Below are positions 26,201-36,202 of a stretch of DNA of 64,000 nt, piece after piece. The notes below the pieces were generated by a model, which had not been told where the DNA came from, searched no databases, and worked only from the letters and a program-made list of their open reading frames with translations. The DNA is from a virus. Made by a program: the position numbers and the translations under genes. The stretch lies in the IMG/VR virus record IMGVR_UViG_3300033149_006357, positions 1-64,000 of that record; one strand, 5' to 3'. Each line of letters starts with the position of its first letter. Position 1 is the first letter of the stretch.

Positions 26201-26568
26201 ACGTCGATCGCGCCAGCATTGAAGACCAGGCCACTACCGATATTTACACGGATATCGTTGTCGTTCTCAACCAGGCCATAAGCCGTATCGATAATATCGG
26301 TCACATCCACTGCAATAGATGCCGACGCAACATCGATCCCGTCGCCCGCGCCGACATTGAGCGTCGCCGTGCCTGGCAAGCTACCACCACCATACAATCC
26401 CTGTCCGGCGACGATGGTCCCACTCACTCCACTGGTCGGCCTGGGGGACGCGGACACGTTCCCTGTAGCACCGGCCAACTTTTTCTCAAGCTCGCGTAGC
26501 GCAGATTCTGCCCTGCCAATACGCGAATTGACTTTCCTGAACTCTCTGGTAACCTGTGGCTCTCTCAT
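23215..26568 (-). CDS. tail fibre / receptor-binding protein (CBM-like and LamG-like domains)
   Basis: TTNLCTNPSFE...LDAAQLE CBM-like module, LamG-like VDDLAV, Gly-rich beta region, C-terminal coiled coil. Confidence 0.75.
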   Translation of the reverse strand: MREPQVTREFRKVNSRIGRAESALRELEKKLAGATGNVSASPRPTSGVSGTIVAGQGLYGGGSLPGTATLNVGAGDGIDVASASIAVDVTDIIDTAYGLVENDNDIRVNIGSGLVFNAGAIDVDEANIDHGLLGGLGDDDHPQYAALAQNETVTGAWTFDAQIDADGGLQVGDDLVVGPNLLFVDYSGSNIGINCAPDAQFDLDVAGNFRAQGWIVGKHAIQLSDALMICHFDGPEPYETDFTGDAHGHMGQVPTIDGGVIFRPGKFGKAVQVAEATTNLCTNPSFEVNLAGWSSASLGTLTRTDSEAHIGSYSCLVESGGGQIFAQASYPDIPISGTSTYTWSVWVKNRDIPVGDDIKLRVYWKGGANPNQSETQTVALVADADDWIRVFATFEPDYTDRTSINLYVIFEGVTADGQGFYLDAAQLEERGYATPYCDGSLGPGHSWSGTAHNSTSSRSASSLLYPDIVPHDVFSIFGWFQTTTEENDTTSGHTFRPLQVGNYYGNSSLALMKWHAHDTICLWFKDLNDSGWTVTGSGSSVDWKPWDKVFFAIVYDYANSSLRLYTGVEGGTLYAGTELTNLGDGMAFGKYKLGIGEAGCCNVDDLAVIGRAMTFDEIRAIFESGAPVFAETSTWHWRTPNTLAWADAEGLWAIDDEGDAAFGVSGVDNKSWGGLTLDKGDVLLGGSSQYVLWDASAALLEVVGTIKAQAGEINGLLDMGDGGEIRLGAGTPGSNFTGLRLYRNGSTYRFEGRNNDTLQAYFDSDGKLVAGGGDVVLNADGITISQGTGNPSAIRWMDGSTLYSYIRGNDVGGYPGIVLYCEDGSDSTAMIMRADSAGANGDIGMSLGGLQRFQLTAAYLYLSGIALTVGDYASGLSSGEIHTSNSIYVNDNSNAKQTLGLTINQAGYDDEIISLKSSDVAHGMTNLTETDTFAFFQKHHGSDGGLRISSFREVGAYAHGAMTLWGYLTGNAETGKTTSNYGVIALLGSIKSGTGATYLNANGNILSIGDHDATRFIFDKEGDFYYDGSLHSYDMEDDLALLHELNQILDRAATDPKVARMEALVERPRTEALGIVTLCDNGLMMSSKRHAALLRGAILQLDQRIARIEKLLTEGKR

Positions 26569-28811
26569 CTCCTGCCCTCCGCAATACGTACCAGCTCACG
26601 CATGTAGCGCTCGAAATCGTCTCTCGCGTTTGCCGGCGTGACGGATGCCGTCATGTTGTCGTAGTCGACCTCCACCACAACCACGCGCTCCGTGGTCCAC
26701 TCATCCGTCAGATCCGACCCGGAGTTCAAGACGGACCTCCAATCCTGAACCAGCATCAGGCGGCCGGTTGCCTGGACCTCATCCGCGCTCACCGGTAGCC
26801 CGAACTGAGTAAGCGCCCCGCTCACGCGATACCTCGCCGACCTCTTCGGTTCCTTGTTTGAACTCAGATACAGTTGCACCAAATCGGACGCCTCAGAATC
26901 CGTGTCCACGACATCGAGCTCGATGGTCTTTTTCCTGACATACATCTTGTTCAGGTACGCATCCGAATCGCTTGCCCAGCTCGTCAACTGCCTTTCCCCC
27001 AATTTGTCCTCGTAAACGCCCCTCACGCTCTGATAAGCGTCCTGGGCATCTATCGATGCGTCCATATTCGACAGCTCCCTGGTGATCACATAATCGATGT
27101 TTGCGCTGGTCTGCGGCTCCAAAAATACCACCTTGTCGTCATCGAGTTTTAAGCCCCACGCAAGGAGATCGCTATTTTGATCCCCATATTTACATGCCCA
27201 CGACAAGACATCTTCCCACGTATTGAACTCGAACACCGCCGGTTCGAGCGCCTTCGTAGATGTCTCGACCCAATCCGTGTCCGAGCTCCAACCGTGATCG
27301 CCGGAGCTCAGGGCGTCTATCGCTTCTTGCACGAGAAACGTGGCCGTGACATCGTTTGTTTTGGCATACGCACGGATATTGGTGAAGTTCACGAAAGAGT
27401 ACTCGTTCGCAGTGCCAGCCAGATACCCCTCAAAATACAATCTCCAGCCATCGTTTGGCGTGACGAACAGAGAGATATCGACGGAGGTATGGTTTTGCGG
27501 AACGCCGCCCTCCCTTACATCGACCGTGGGCCAATATGGTGCCCCGTTGTAATCTTGCACCTGCGCCTTGAATGGCGAATAAATGCGAATCGTCTCGGTG
27601 GCAGACCACCCGGAGATGTCGAAAGAGTCATTCACGTCCAACTGATTGGACGCGGCGTTCCACGACTGAACTGTGGCATAGTTGTCCTGGTCGACGTTGT
27701 GTAAGATCCACCCGGTCGCAGACGACGCCCACCTTTCCCCAACCGGGCTCGAATACGCGATCGTGGATGTGGAGATCGAGGATATCGTTGCCTCGAAATA
27801 CGGAGCGCACACCGCGATGACATCGTTCTCGCCCCAGCCATTTATGTGATCTTCGTCCGTAACCGTGATCGTGTTCGCGCCGGTATCCACGGACTGTATC
27901 TCTGCCGTGCTCTTCTTCGTCAGGTTTGCGAGCATCTGCCCCACGGCCAGGTTGCTTTCGCCGACCATGCTGATGCCGTATGTGATCACCGCCCCGGAGA
28001 TGTCCGTGATGCCAGCGGAGAAATACGGGCCGTATACCACGATATCCTCGGACGCAGACCATCCGGAGATGTCCCCCGCCTCCGATACGGTGATCCTGTT
28101 CGTCGATGTATTTATTGCGCTGATGGTTGCGCTCTTATCCTGATTTATGTTGTACAGTTCCATCCCGGTGTCAATATGAGACTCCCCAGCATCGCTTGTA
28201 TAATACACATAACCGTTTGTTGCGTCGACCGACGCGATTTCGGCATCAAAGAGCACGCCGTTCCCAAGGCAGATGCTCACATCGCATTTTATGCGCTGGG
28301 AATACCCGGAATCGCCAGGGGCGGTATACTTGTAGTACACATAGTCCTGAGCGTTAAACTCTTTCCCGTTTCCTGCTGCGATATACAAACCACCGGCATT
28401 CGAGCTGGTACTAAACAGATCCGGCCTGATGCCCCACTTGGGAACCGCAGACGCGAGATCCCACTGATTGATCCGCTTGTCACAATATGCCTCGTTTACC
28501 TCGTCATCCCCGGCGATGGCGATCCAGCCAAGACACGACACGCTTATTTTCCCGGCCCCATTGCTAAACGATTCCTGTATTCCGCGTATCTGCCCGTCGA
28601 ACAGGATGGTGTTGAGATATTTGCGCACCTTGATCCTGTACCCGATGCCGATGTCCTTGTACCCGATCCCCACTTCCCTCGGAAGCGCAAAGCGTAGATA
28701 TCCGTACCCGCTCCCATTCTCGCCATAATGTGTTGACCATGAAATGTTCGTCGCATCGTTTATGATGTACTGCACATCCATATATTCATCATACGTCTCG
28801 ATCTCGATCAT
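26565..28811 (-). CDS. minor tail / tail-tip hub protein
   Basis: Follows the Dit-like gene; hub-like N-terminus (LFDGQI); internal repeats ATI...NxITVxD. Confidence 0.65.
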   Translation of the reverse strand: MIEIETYDEYMDVQYIINDATNISWSTHYGENGSGYGYLRFALPREVGIGYKDIGIGYRIKVRKYLNTILFDGQIRGIQESFSNGAGKISVSCLGWIAIAGDDEVNEAYCDKRINQWDLASAVPKWGIRPDLFSTSSNAGGLYIAAGNGKEFNAQDYVYYKYTAPGDSGYSQRIKCDVSICLGNGVLFDAEIASVDATNGYVYYTSDAGESHIDTGMELYNINQDKSATISAINTSTNRITVSEAGDISGWSASEDIVVYGPYFSAGITDISGAVITYGISMVGESNLAVGQMLANLTKKSTAEIQSVDTGANTITVTDEDHINGWGENDVIAVCAPYFEATISSISTSTIAYSSPVGERWASSATGWILHNVDQDNYATVQSWNAASNQLDVNDSFDISGWSATETIRIYSPFKAQVQDYNGAPYWPTVDVREGGVPQNHTSVDISLFVTPNDGWRLYFEGYLAGTANEYSFVNFTNIRAYAKTNDVTATFLVQEAIDALSSGDHGWSSDTDWVETSTKALEPAVFEFNTWEDVLSWACKYGDQNSDLLAWGLKLDDDKVVFLEPQTSANIDYVITRELSNMDASIDAQDAYQSVRGVYEDKLGERQLTSWASDSDAYLNKMYVRKKTIELDVVDTDSEASDLVQLYLSSNKEPKRSARYRVSGALTQFGLPVSADEVQATGRLMLVQDWRSVLNSGSDLTDEWTTERVVVVEVDYDNMTASVTPANARDDFERYMRELVRIAEGRR

Positions 28812-28814
28812 ACG

Positions 28815-30251
28815 CTACTCCTCAAACGGGTACACTGTCAAGTAGTATCCTGCTAATGTAATATCCGAGACAAAATCCATGTCGTATACATCGTCATCCT
28901 GGCATAATATACGCACCCTGGAATCGAATCCTTTGCGCAAAATGAACTTTGCCCAGTTTACACCGTACTTCCTCCAGGCGTACTCAAATTCCGGCGTGGA
29001 CGGATTCGAGAAGCGGTAGACCTGTTGCGTGAAAGCGTCTATGGATAGCCTGTCGTATTGCGTTATTTGACCAGAGGATCCGTCCGACTCGAGCTTCGCG
29101 ATCCACCTCGTGCTCACCGGAATCCAGAGCCACACAAACTGGAAATCCCCGGCGCTGATCTGCGTCACACTCACCTTGAGCTCGACATTTGCCATAAAAT
29201 CGCCAACGTCCGCCTCCTGAATAGAATCCGGTATCACAAATGGCGGGAAGTCCAGCTCGTCGAAAATGTAAAAGCGCCAATCCGTATCGGACACGGTAAG
29301 CGTCTTCGAGTTTATCTGGTTAGAAACAACGCCCGCAACCGCCACCTTAACGTAATACGACCCACCAGTGACTCTGGCAAGCAAAATAGGCGTGATCTTT
29401 CCAGTATAAGTGCGATCCATATCTATCCCGCCATCTGTACCGAGTGTCCATGTCGCCTGCGCACCGCTGCTAGATGTCGTGAGATAGTATCCACCGGGAA
29501 CGGCCCCGGCGGTTAGCGTGAAATTATTGAGCGTGCCAAAGTCATCCGCATAGATTAAGTCCAGATTTGTACTTGTGCCTTCCAGCGCCTCCCTGACATG
29601 TACATACACCTGCCTGATGTTCGCGGCATCGGCATCTGTACGATATACCCGAACGATCGGCAGAATGGCATCGCCAATTATATCTGAGGACGAGTCAATA
29701 ACAAATGACGAATCATGTGTCCCGTCGTCATAGTTGTCCAAGCCGCTCACGGACTTGACGGTGACCGCGCTGTCCGGATCGCTCATCGCCCAGGGAAACG
29801 TCTTTAGCATTACCTCGACGCTGATCCCGTAGTCGCTGGCGCTGTTTACCCTCGCCAGCTTTTCCATGCCTGGACCGTGAATCATGCCGGCAAGCGCGAT
29901 CCTCGGGACGCTGACGGCATACCGATTATCGTAACGATAAAACGTCGACCGCACAGACGCGCCAAGCCCCACCGGCTTGTACTCGATATACCCGCCAGGC
30001 TTGTCCATCACCGCACGCTGCAAAGCGCGAAAAGCGCTCATCGCGCTTTCCTGCGTCGTGCCAAAACAGATTACCATGAACTTTATATCCACCACGCCAC
30101 GTGCGACAAAACCAAGCTGCGTCGCCATAGCTCTTTCCTGCTCATTCATATCGATTGATGATGGTACGACTTGATAAGTCGCCGTCTCGTCCTCGAAAAT
30201 GCTACAAGTGATAGTCGACAGGTTGTCAGGGTGAATCTTGAAAACTCCCAT
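28815..30251 (-). CDS. distal tail (Dit)-like protein
   Basis: Directly downstream of tape measure; 478 aa. Confidence 0.55.
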   Translation of the reverse strand: MGVFKIHPDNLSTITCSIFEDETATYQVVPSSIDMNEQERAMATQLGFVARGVVDIKFMVICFGTTQESAMSAFRALQRAVMDKPGGYIEYKPVGLGASVRSTFYRYDNRYAVSVPRIALAGMIHGPGMEKLARVNSASDYGISVEVMLKTFPWAMSDPDSAVTVKSVSGLDNYDDGTHDSSFVIDSSSDIIGDAILPIVRVYRTDADAANIRQVYVHVREALEGTSTNLDLIYADDFGTLNNFTLTAGAVPGGYYLTTSSSGAQATWTLGTDGGIDMDRTYTGKITPILLARVTGGSYYVKVAVAGVVSNQINSKTLTVSDTDWRFYIFDELDFPPFVIPDSIQEADVGDFMANVELKVSVTQISAGDFQFVWLWIPVSTRWIAKLESDGSSGQITQYDRLSIDAFTQQVYRFSNPSTPEFEYAWRKYGVNWAKFILRKGFDSRVRILCQDDDVYDMDFVSDITLAGYYLTVYPFEE

Positions 30252-33200
30252 TACACTACCCCTATACTGGAATACGCCTTGTTCTTCGATACGAGCAGAT
30301 TAAGCTGTTCCATAAACGACCCCGCATCCTCCGGCCTCGTGATGTTTGGAAACGCCCCGCTGAACGCGCCCGCATAGAAGTTCATCGTGTTCGGCCTGCT
30401 CACCACGTCCGAAAGCGACATCTTCATATCGGACAGCGCCGCGGCGGCAGCAGATTGAAAATCAAAATCCCTCATGCCAATAGCCATATTGTGCACAATA
30501 GCTTTCCCAGATTCGCTAAGTCCATACAACGGGCTTCTCTTGTCTTTTGGTTCCGAAAATGGCAACAGATTGCGCAATTCTTGCAACTTTTTTCTAAACC
30601 ACTCTGTCACCTCCCCCCACTTTCTTTTAATGCCCTCCTTGACTGAGTTGGCTATCTTTGCGCCAATAGATACCGCATCCCTTAGCCACTCTGGGCCAGC
30701 CTTTAGTACGCCAGACAAGAATGGCTTAAGTATCAACTCAACAAACGTATCTATGAGATCCTGGGCGAGCTTAAGCGCATCAATTTCCAGCAAAGCGATA
30801 AACCAGGCAAATATCTGCGTAAAAACGTCGAGCAACTTCTCCGCCAATTCAGACACAAACAAAGTAAGCTTTAGTACGCCGATAGTAAACCAGAGCACGA
30901 GCTTATCCTTCAGCTTTGTCGAAAGCTCCGGCAGCTTTTCCGTCATCACCGTCAGCCACAGGCCAATTATACTGCCAATCGCCCACGACACGAGCTTGGT
31001 AAGATTCTCAGCGCCTTCTACAAACAGCTCTATCGCCTTTTCAAACAACGTGCTAAAGAAAGTAGACATCGTTTCGGAGTGCTTTGGCATTTCACCGGTC
31101 ATGCGATACGTCGCAAGTCGGATTACACGCCGAAACTCAAGTTTCAGCAACACGGACCACAGCCTGACCTTTCTGCGCACGACGCTGATCGCTCCGGGTA
31201 TGATGCTGCCAATGGATGCGCCGATCTTCTCCTTTTCCTTCTCGCCCTTTTTCGCAAGCTCCTCCTTGAACTTGTCAATCCCCGCTTCCACCCAACCCAT
31301 GACGGCACTGCTAAGCTTCTCGGCCCATTCTGGCGTTTTCTCAATAATATAGTTCACGGCCTCGTCGATCAAAAACGAGAACTGCTGAGAAAGCGACATC
31401 TCGTCCCAATCCTCTGGGAGCTCTACGCCCACTATATCGAGCAACTTTTTCAGTATCACCTTTAGCTTGCCCTCGACAGGCAATGCCAGAAACTCCTCGA
31501 CGCTCTTTCTGGCCTCATAGAAATTATCCGAAAGAGACAGCGCTGAGTCCGCCAGATTATCGAGCATGCCGGCGATGTCATCTTTCACGTCGAAATCGAG
31601 CTTGAAATCGGTTTCGACGGCGGCCTTCTCCATCGCTTTTGCCATGCGCTCGAGCAGTTTGGTCTGTTTGAGCTGGAGGTCGATGGTCTCTCTCTGCGCC
31701 GCGATGAGCTCGCGCTGCCAATCCACCGCCTCTTTTGCGACATTTACCTCGTTCTCCGCCGCACGCAGTTTTTCCTGCAACTCTTTTGGAACAAATCCCG
31801 CGCGCTCTGCGGCGGCGACCTGCTCCTGTACATCCTTGAGCTTGTTCACGGCTTGCTGGTATCTCAAAATCCTGCGGATGTACTCGACGATCTCAGCCCC
31901 GCCCTCGCCCAGTTTCTTCGAGATCCCGGCTATGATTTCTTCGCTCACCTGACCAGTCTGCCTGAAAACGCTTAGGAGCTGCGCCACGTCCTTGCGCACA
32001 GATCTGAGTATGGCTGGCATTCGTTTTTCGGATATCGCACCGGCGGACACTGCCTGTCGCAACGCATCTCGGATCGGGGCGACGATATCCCGCAGCACGC
32101 TAAAATCCGCAAGGGCAAATCCCTTGAGATACTCCATCATGACGCCACGACCCCACCTGACAATATGAGACAGCGGCCCTTTCTTTGGCGGCGAATGGGA
32201 TGCCAGAAAAGCGCCGATCATACCCCCGATCAGTTTCATGATGCCCTCTATCAGCGCATCCGCGGCCTTTAACATCCCCTCTGCGAACGACGCGACCAGG
32301 TTCCAGCCCCAGACCAGCGCCTGAGAGATCCATGAATCCACCAGCAACTTGATCGCCGTGAGCAGGTTGATGAACGCGTCCTTTAGATCCCTCTTCGCGC
32401 CCTCTACGTCCCCGAGGATCATCTTGTTGATCGCGCCCAGGACGTTGTGTAGCGCCATAAAGATCGCGCCGAAATTGTCCACTATCGATTGCACGAACTG
32501 CGCCATCCTACTATTTGCGTCTTGCAAAAGCTCGGACAGATGCTCGACAAAACCTTTCAGGCGCTCTGTTATCGAGCGGACGATGTTCTCGAAATCAAGC
32601 GCAAACTGCTTGAACCACCCCGTGAAGAAACCAATGAGCGGGGCGAGCATGCTCTTAATGGTCGCCAGCAACTCCTTCACGGAATCTTTGATGCCTGCAA
32701 AGTTCTCGTCCCACAGCTTCTTGAAGCCCCTGACGACGGCGATGATCCCGGCGATGGCGGCACTGATGGCTATCATCCACGGTAGAGATATCGCAAGTTG
32801 CCTGCCAACGGCGCGGATAAGCGGCACCAATGCCTTGATGGCCGGAGCGAGCGACATAATCGCGCCAAGCAACGTACCAGCCACCGCGCCCCACTTTACG
32901 AAGTTTGCAATCATATCCTTTACATTTTCTGGCAACCCAACGAACGATTTAAGCAACTTGTTCATCCCGAAAATGAGCTTTGCCAGTATCGGCTCAAACC
33001 TTCTTCCAAACACCAGTAGCGATTCCTCGAACAAGCGCTTCATCGAGCTGAGCTGCTTTCCTGCGGTCTTCATCGCCTCGTTGTAAACACCTTGCACCGA
33101 ATTCGCCTCTTTCAACAGGCCATTGATAAGAGCGAGATAGCGCTCCTGTTGAGTTAGAGCCTTGACGCTCTTTCCGATTTCCTTTGCATAGTCCTGGTAG

Positions 33201-35275
33201 AAGTGAATGGCGTTCCGGCCAATGCCAAGCGCGTTCAGTAGCTGAGAGTTTCCAGTCTGAATAAAGTAAATAAACCTGCCAAAGACCTCGGAGCTCGTCA
33301 GGTTGGAGATGGTCACGCCGAGGTTCTTGGCAGCTTGCGCCAAATCCTCGACTTTATCGACAGGAAGTCTCGCCCTCAAAAACTGAGTGAGCGCTTTTGT
33401 GGCTTCTCGTGTCGTGATTCCAGTGTCCACGAGCGTATCGCGCAAGTAATCGACATATCCTGTGAATTTCCCGACATCCGCACCGGCCTCTTGCGCGATG
33501 TTCGTTGCTACGGTGCGCATCGTCATCTCGAGCGTCCTGACCTCTGCGCCAAGCATGCCGGTTTTTACCATGAGGCCCGTCATCCCAAGACCAAGCGCCG
33601 TGAAGGTGCTGCTGGCAATTGTCACGAGCGCCCTGAACTTATCCGCAAGCGTCCCCGACACAGACGCCACAGCGGTAAAGGACCGCACCAGTTGGTCCGC
33701 GAACCTTCCGGCCCCAACGATCAGCATCGAGAACGCAGGATCGATCTGCCCCAAGGCGCCACCAACCGCACCGATGATCCCAATGGTGGCCCCAAGGGAC
33801 ATCCCAAACATCGCGGCACTCTCGGACGCGCCGTAAAGCCGATTCCCAAGGCTCGATATCCCAGATGACATCATGCCTTTCGGGGCAACATAGTACAACA
33901 AGTCGCTCTGCGCACTGGTCGCATCCTTTGTCGCTGCACTGAAGCTCTCAACGCCGAGCCTGGCATCGTCCACGTTTTTTCTAAAAATGCCAAATATCCC
34001 GCGCCTGCGTGGCCGCCCTTGCTCGAGCCTCTTGGCCTCTATGGCAAATTGCTGCAGGATTGCCTGAAGCTCCTTAAAGTTCTTCGCAAGCTCCTCTGGA
34101 ACCTCTCCCCCGGTCGCCCTTAAGACCATCATGACTCTGTTGAACTCTTTGACCTTCGACCTGGCACGCTCCAGATATTGCACGGAAATTTCGCCAGATG
34201 AACGCCACCTGGACTCAACATATCCGAGGTTTGTAGCCATTGTGGACAGGGCAGACGACATCCTGGTGATCAGCTTTGACTGGATGCCAGAACGCCTTGC
34301 GACATCATCGCTCATCTCCTCGTATGCCCGCCTGAAAAGAAAAGGCTGCGAGATCAGCCTCTCGAATTTCTCAGAAAAATTATCCAATCCAATCTGGCTA
34401 AGGGCAAATTCGGTGCGCTGATTCTTCAGCGACGCCCCAAGGTCGTCCATGCGCATCCTTGTACGCAAAATGCCCTTCTCCAGGTTGTTCATGACGGCGT
34501 TGTACTCTTCTAGTGGAGCGCCAAGCCGAACGAGGAGCGCTCTGAGCGCCATCATCTCGCGGCCCTGTGTCTCCCAGGCCGCCTCGCCAACCTCCCCGAC
34601 CTGCTTGATCGCGGACGCGTATAGCATCAGTTTTTGCGACAGCTCGGTAAGCTCTTTCAAGCGCGCTGCAACGCCGCGCCTGAATCGTATCTCATCGGCC
34701 TCCATCTCTCGCCATGCCTGTGCCTGCACCCTGACGTTGGTCGTGAGTATGCCCATTCTCTCAGATAGCGCACCGATATCGCCAGACATCTTCCCAAACA
34801 ACCTGGATGTCTTGGAGACAAACGAGAATATCGATTGCGAGATCCGCCCAACCTGCTCGACGGGCTTCGCCAGGCCCTTCAGCATGTCGCTTCTTTCGAT
34901 CAGGCTCGAAAGGGCCGAAGAAACCATGCTAATTCCAGATGCAGTATCCGTAAAGCTCTCGCCAATCGAGCTCAGGCCAAGCCGGATGCTCGACACGGCG
35001 TCCATAACAGACATCTCGACTGGCTCCATCGCTATCGCGATGGCTGCAGCGTTGCCATTGAACTGCGTCTTGAATTTCCTCGTCTCTCCAGTGGCCTCGG
35101 TGAAAAGCTTTACTATCTTTTCAACTGCCGGCTCCATACTGTCCGAGAAATCGCTGGCCGACTCAGAAATAGATCGCATGGACGATTCAACGGTACTTGC
35201 CAGATCCTTGATCGCACCTGTCGCTAAATCGCTCAGTGTGATTTTGATTTCGCCAGAAAAGATTTCTTCTGCCAT
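30251..35275 (-). CDS. tape measure protein
   Basis: 1674 aa, helical and Ala-rich with hydrophobic stretches; C-terminal LLPFSEPKxxxSPL; follows the chaperones. Confidence 0.92.
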   Translation of the reverse strand: MAEEIFSGEIKITLSDLATGAIKDLASTVESSMRSISESASDFSDSMEPAVEKIVKLFTEATGETRKFKTQFNGNAAAIAIAMEPVEMSVMDAVSSIRLGLSSIGESFTDTASGISMVSSALSSLIERSDMLKGLAKPVEQVGRISQSIFSFVSKTSRLFGKMSGDIGALSERMGILTTNVRVQAQAWREMEADEIRFRRGVAARLKELTELSQKLMLYASAIKQVGEVGEAAWETQGREMMALRALLVRLGAPLEEYNAVMNNLEKGILRTRMRMDDLGASLKNQRTEFALSQIGLDNFSEKFERLISQPFLFRRAYEEMSDDVARRSGIQSKLITRMSSALSTMATNLGYVESRWRSSGEISVQYLERARSKVKEFNRVMMVLRATGGEVPEELAKNFKELQAILQQFAIEAKRLEQGRPRRRGIFGIFRKNVDDARLGVESFSAATKDATSAQSDLLYYVAPKGMMSSGISSLGNRLYGASESAAMFGMSLGATIGIIGAVGGALGQIDPAFSMLIVGAGRFADQLVRSFTAVASVSGTLADKFRALVTIASSTFTALGLGMTGLMVKTGMLGAEVRTLEMTMRTVATNIAQEAGADVGKFTGYVDYLRDTLVDTGITTREATKALTQFLRARLPVDKVEDLAQAAKNLGVTISNLTSSEVFGRFIYFIQTGNSQLLNALGIGRNAIHFYQDYAKEIGKSVKALTQQERYLALINGLLKEANSVQGVYNEAMKTAGKQLSSMKRLFEESLLVFGRRFEPILAKLIFGMNKLLKSFVGLPENVKDMIANFVKWGAVAGTLLGAIMSLAPAIKALVPLIRAVGRQLAISLPWMIAISAAIAGIIAVVRGFKKLWDENFAGIKDSVKELLATIKSMLAPLIGFFTGWFKQFALDFENIVRSITERLKGFVEHLSELLQDANSRMAQFVQSIVDNFGAIFMALHNVLGAINKMILGDVEGAKRDLKDAFINLLTAIKLLVDSWISQALVWGWNLVASFAEGMLKAADALIEGIMKLIGGMIGAFLASHSPPKKGPLSHIVRWGRGVMMEYLKGFALADFSVLRDIVAPIRDALRQAVSAGAISEKRMPAILRSVRKDVAQLLSVFRQTGQVSEEIIAGISKKLGEGGAEIVEYIRRILRYQQAVNKLKDVQEQVAAAERAGFVPKELQEKLRAAENEVNVAKEAVDWQRELIAAQRETIDLQLKQTKLLERMAKAMEKAAVETDFKLDFDVKDDIAGMLDNLADSALSLSDNFYEARKSVEEFLALPVEGKLKVILKKLLDIVGVELPEDWDEMSLSQQFSFLIDEAVNYIIEKTPEWAEKLSSAVMGWVEAGIDKFKEELAKKGEKEKEKIGASIGSIIPGAISVVRRKVRLWSVLLKLEFRRVIRLATYRMTGEMPKHSETMSTFFSTLFEKAIELFVEGAENLTKLVSWAIGSIIGLWLTVMTEKLPELSTKLKDKLVLWFTIGVLKLTLFVSELAEKLLDVFTQIFAWFIALLEIDALKLAQDLIDTFVELILKPFLSGVLKAGPEWLRDAVSIGAKIANSVKEGIKRKWGEVTEWFRKKLQELRNLLPFSEPKDKRSPLYGLSESGKAIVHNMAIGMRDFDFQSAAAAALSDMKMSLSDVVSRPNTMNFYAGAFSGAFPNITRPEDAGSFMEQLNLLVSKNKAYSSIGVV

Positions 35276-35289
35276 AATAGATTCCTAGC

Positions 35290-35318
35290 AAAAACGGGGG
35301 CTAGTGATTGGCCCCCGT
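35290..35318 (-). terminator. intrinsic terminator after chaperone genes
   Basis: Minus-strand stem ACGGGGGC/GCCCCCGT followed by a T run. Confidence 0.55.
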
Positions 35319-35785
35319 CAGCATTTGAGTTGCTCTCGCAGATGGTACGAAAAAGCTACCCTCGGGGGGTGAAACTTCGTTCCCATCTTCGTCAACGTAT
35401 TTAATTTCCCCATCAGCCCCTACGATCTGGCGCACCATCATCAGGCCCTTTCTCTTTGCCACATCGTATACATCGCCCTTTACGGGGGCGATCTTCAGGT
35501 CTTTCGCCAGGCTCGTTATCTTTTCTCCAATATCTGCAGAGGACATTGCCCCTCTGTGACGATATCTCCATCTAAACTTTTTGGGATCCCCGCCTGCGCT
35601 TACCCAAAAGCGAAAGTCGTCTTGTTCCTGGGCCTCAATCGAAGCGTCAAGATAGCGTATCCAATCGCGCCAATACATGTCGCGCTCGATTTCCATCACG
35701 GACACGCCAGTATGTTTCGAGACGAGCAATATGACGGGGGCTAGTCCTCCTTCTTCTCTTCCTGAGCCCCCGAGCCTGCGAAGTT
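35301..35785 (-). CDS. tail assembly chaperone GT extension (reached by -1 frameshift)
   Basis: The -1 frame is open from the slippery site into ORF 35301..35729. Confidence 0.75.
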
Positions 35786-36193
35786 TTTTAGTGCAGTGAG
35801 TACTTCCTCGCCGAAACTCGTCTTAATGTGAAACTGCACGGCTCTCCACAGCGCGATGCCGATCTCCTGCATCGTCCCATTATTCTCAAGAAACTCATAA
35901 TCTTTTTGCAATAGGAATGGTACGATCTCCCTGGAAAAACGATCGTATTTCTCTCCAAGGACATTTGACACAAACCCAATTGCTCTCAAAATCGTATCGA
36001 GCTGCAACCTGATCTCGCCATCGAAGTCCTCGGAGAACCACTCATCAATGCGTATGCCGCCCTTGTATGCAGCATACACGATCTCCGCACACATTCCAAT
36101 CACATCTGGCATGATCTGGATCGCACGCAGACCTTTAAGCGGGGTGATGTCCCACGTTTCGCCACCCACGCTTACCGTCACTTTTTCTTCCAT
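35741..36193 (-). CDS. tail assembly chaperone G
   Basis: Between tube and tape measure; contains A AAA AAC slippery heptamer. Confidence 0.8.
   Translation of the reverse strand: MEEKVTVSVGGETWDITPLKGLRAIQIMPDVIGMCAEIVYAAYKGGIRIDEWFSEDFDGEIRLQLDTILRAIGFVSNVLGEKYDRFSREIVPFLLQKDYEFLENNGTMQEIGIALWRAVQFHIKTSFGEEVLTALKNFAGSGAQEEKKED
35783..35789 (-). promoter_or_regulatory. programmed -1 ribosomal frameshift site A AAA AAC
   Basis: In-frame X XXY YYZ heptamer; downstream stem CGGGGGCT/AGCCCCCG. Confidence 0.8.
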
Positions 36194-36202
36194 TTTTATC
36201 CC

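Noticed and set aside
23215-26568. Diversity-generating retroelement target
   Set aside because: No reverse transcriptase or template/variable repeat pair was seen in the window.
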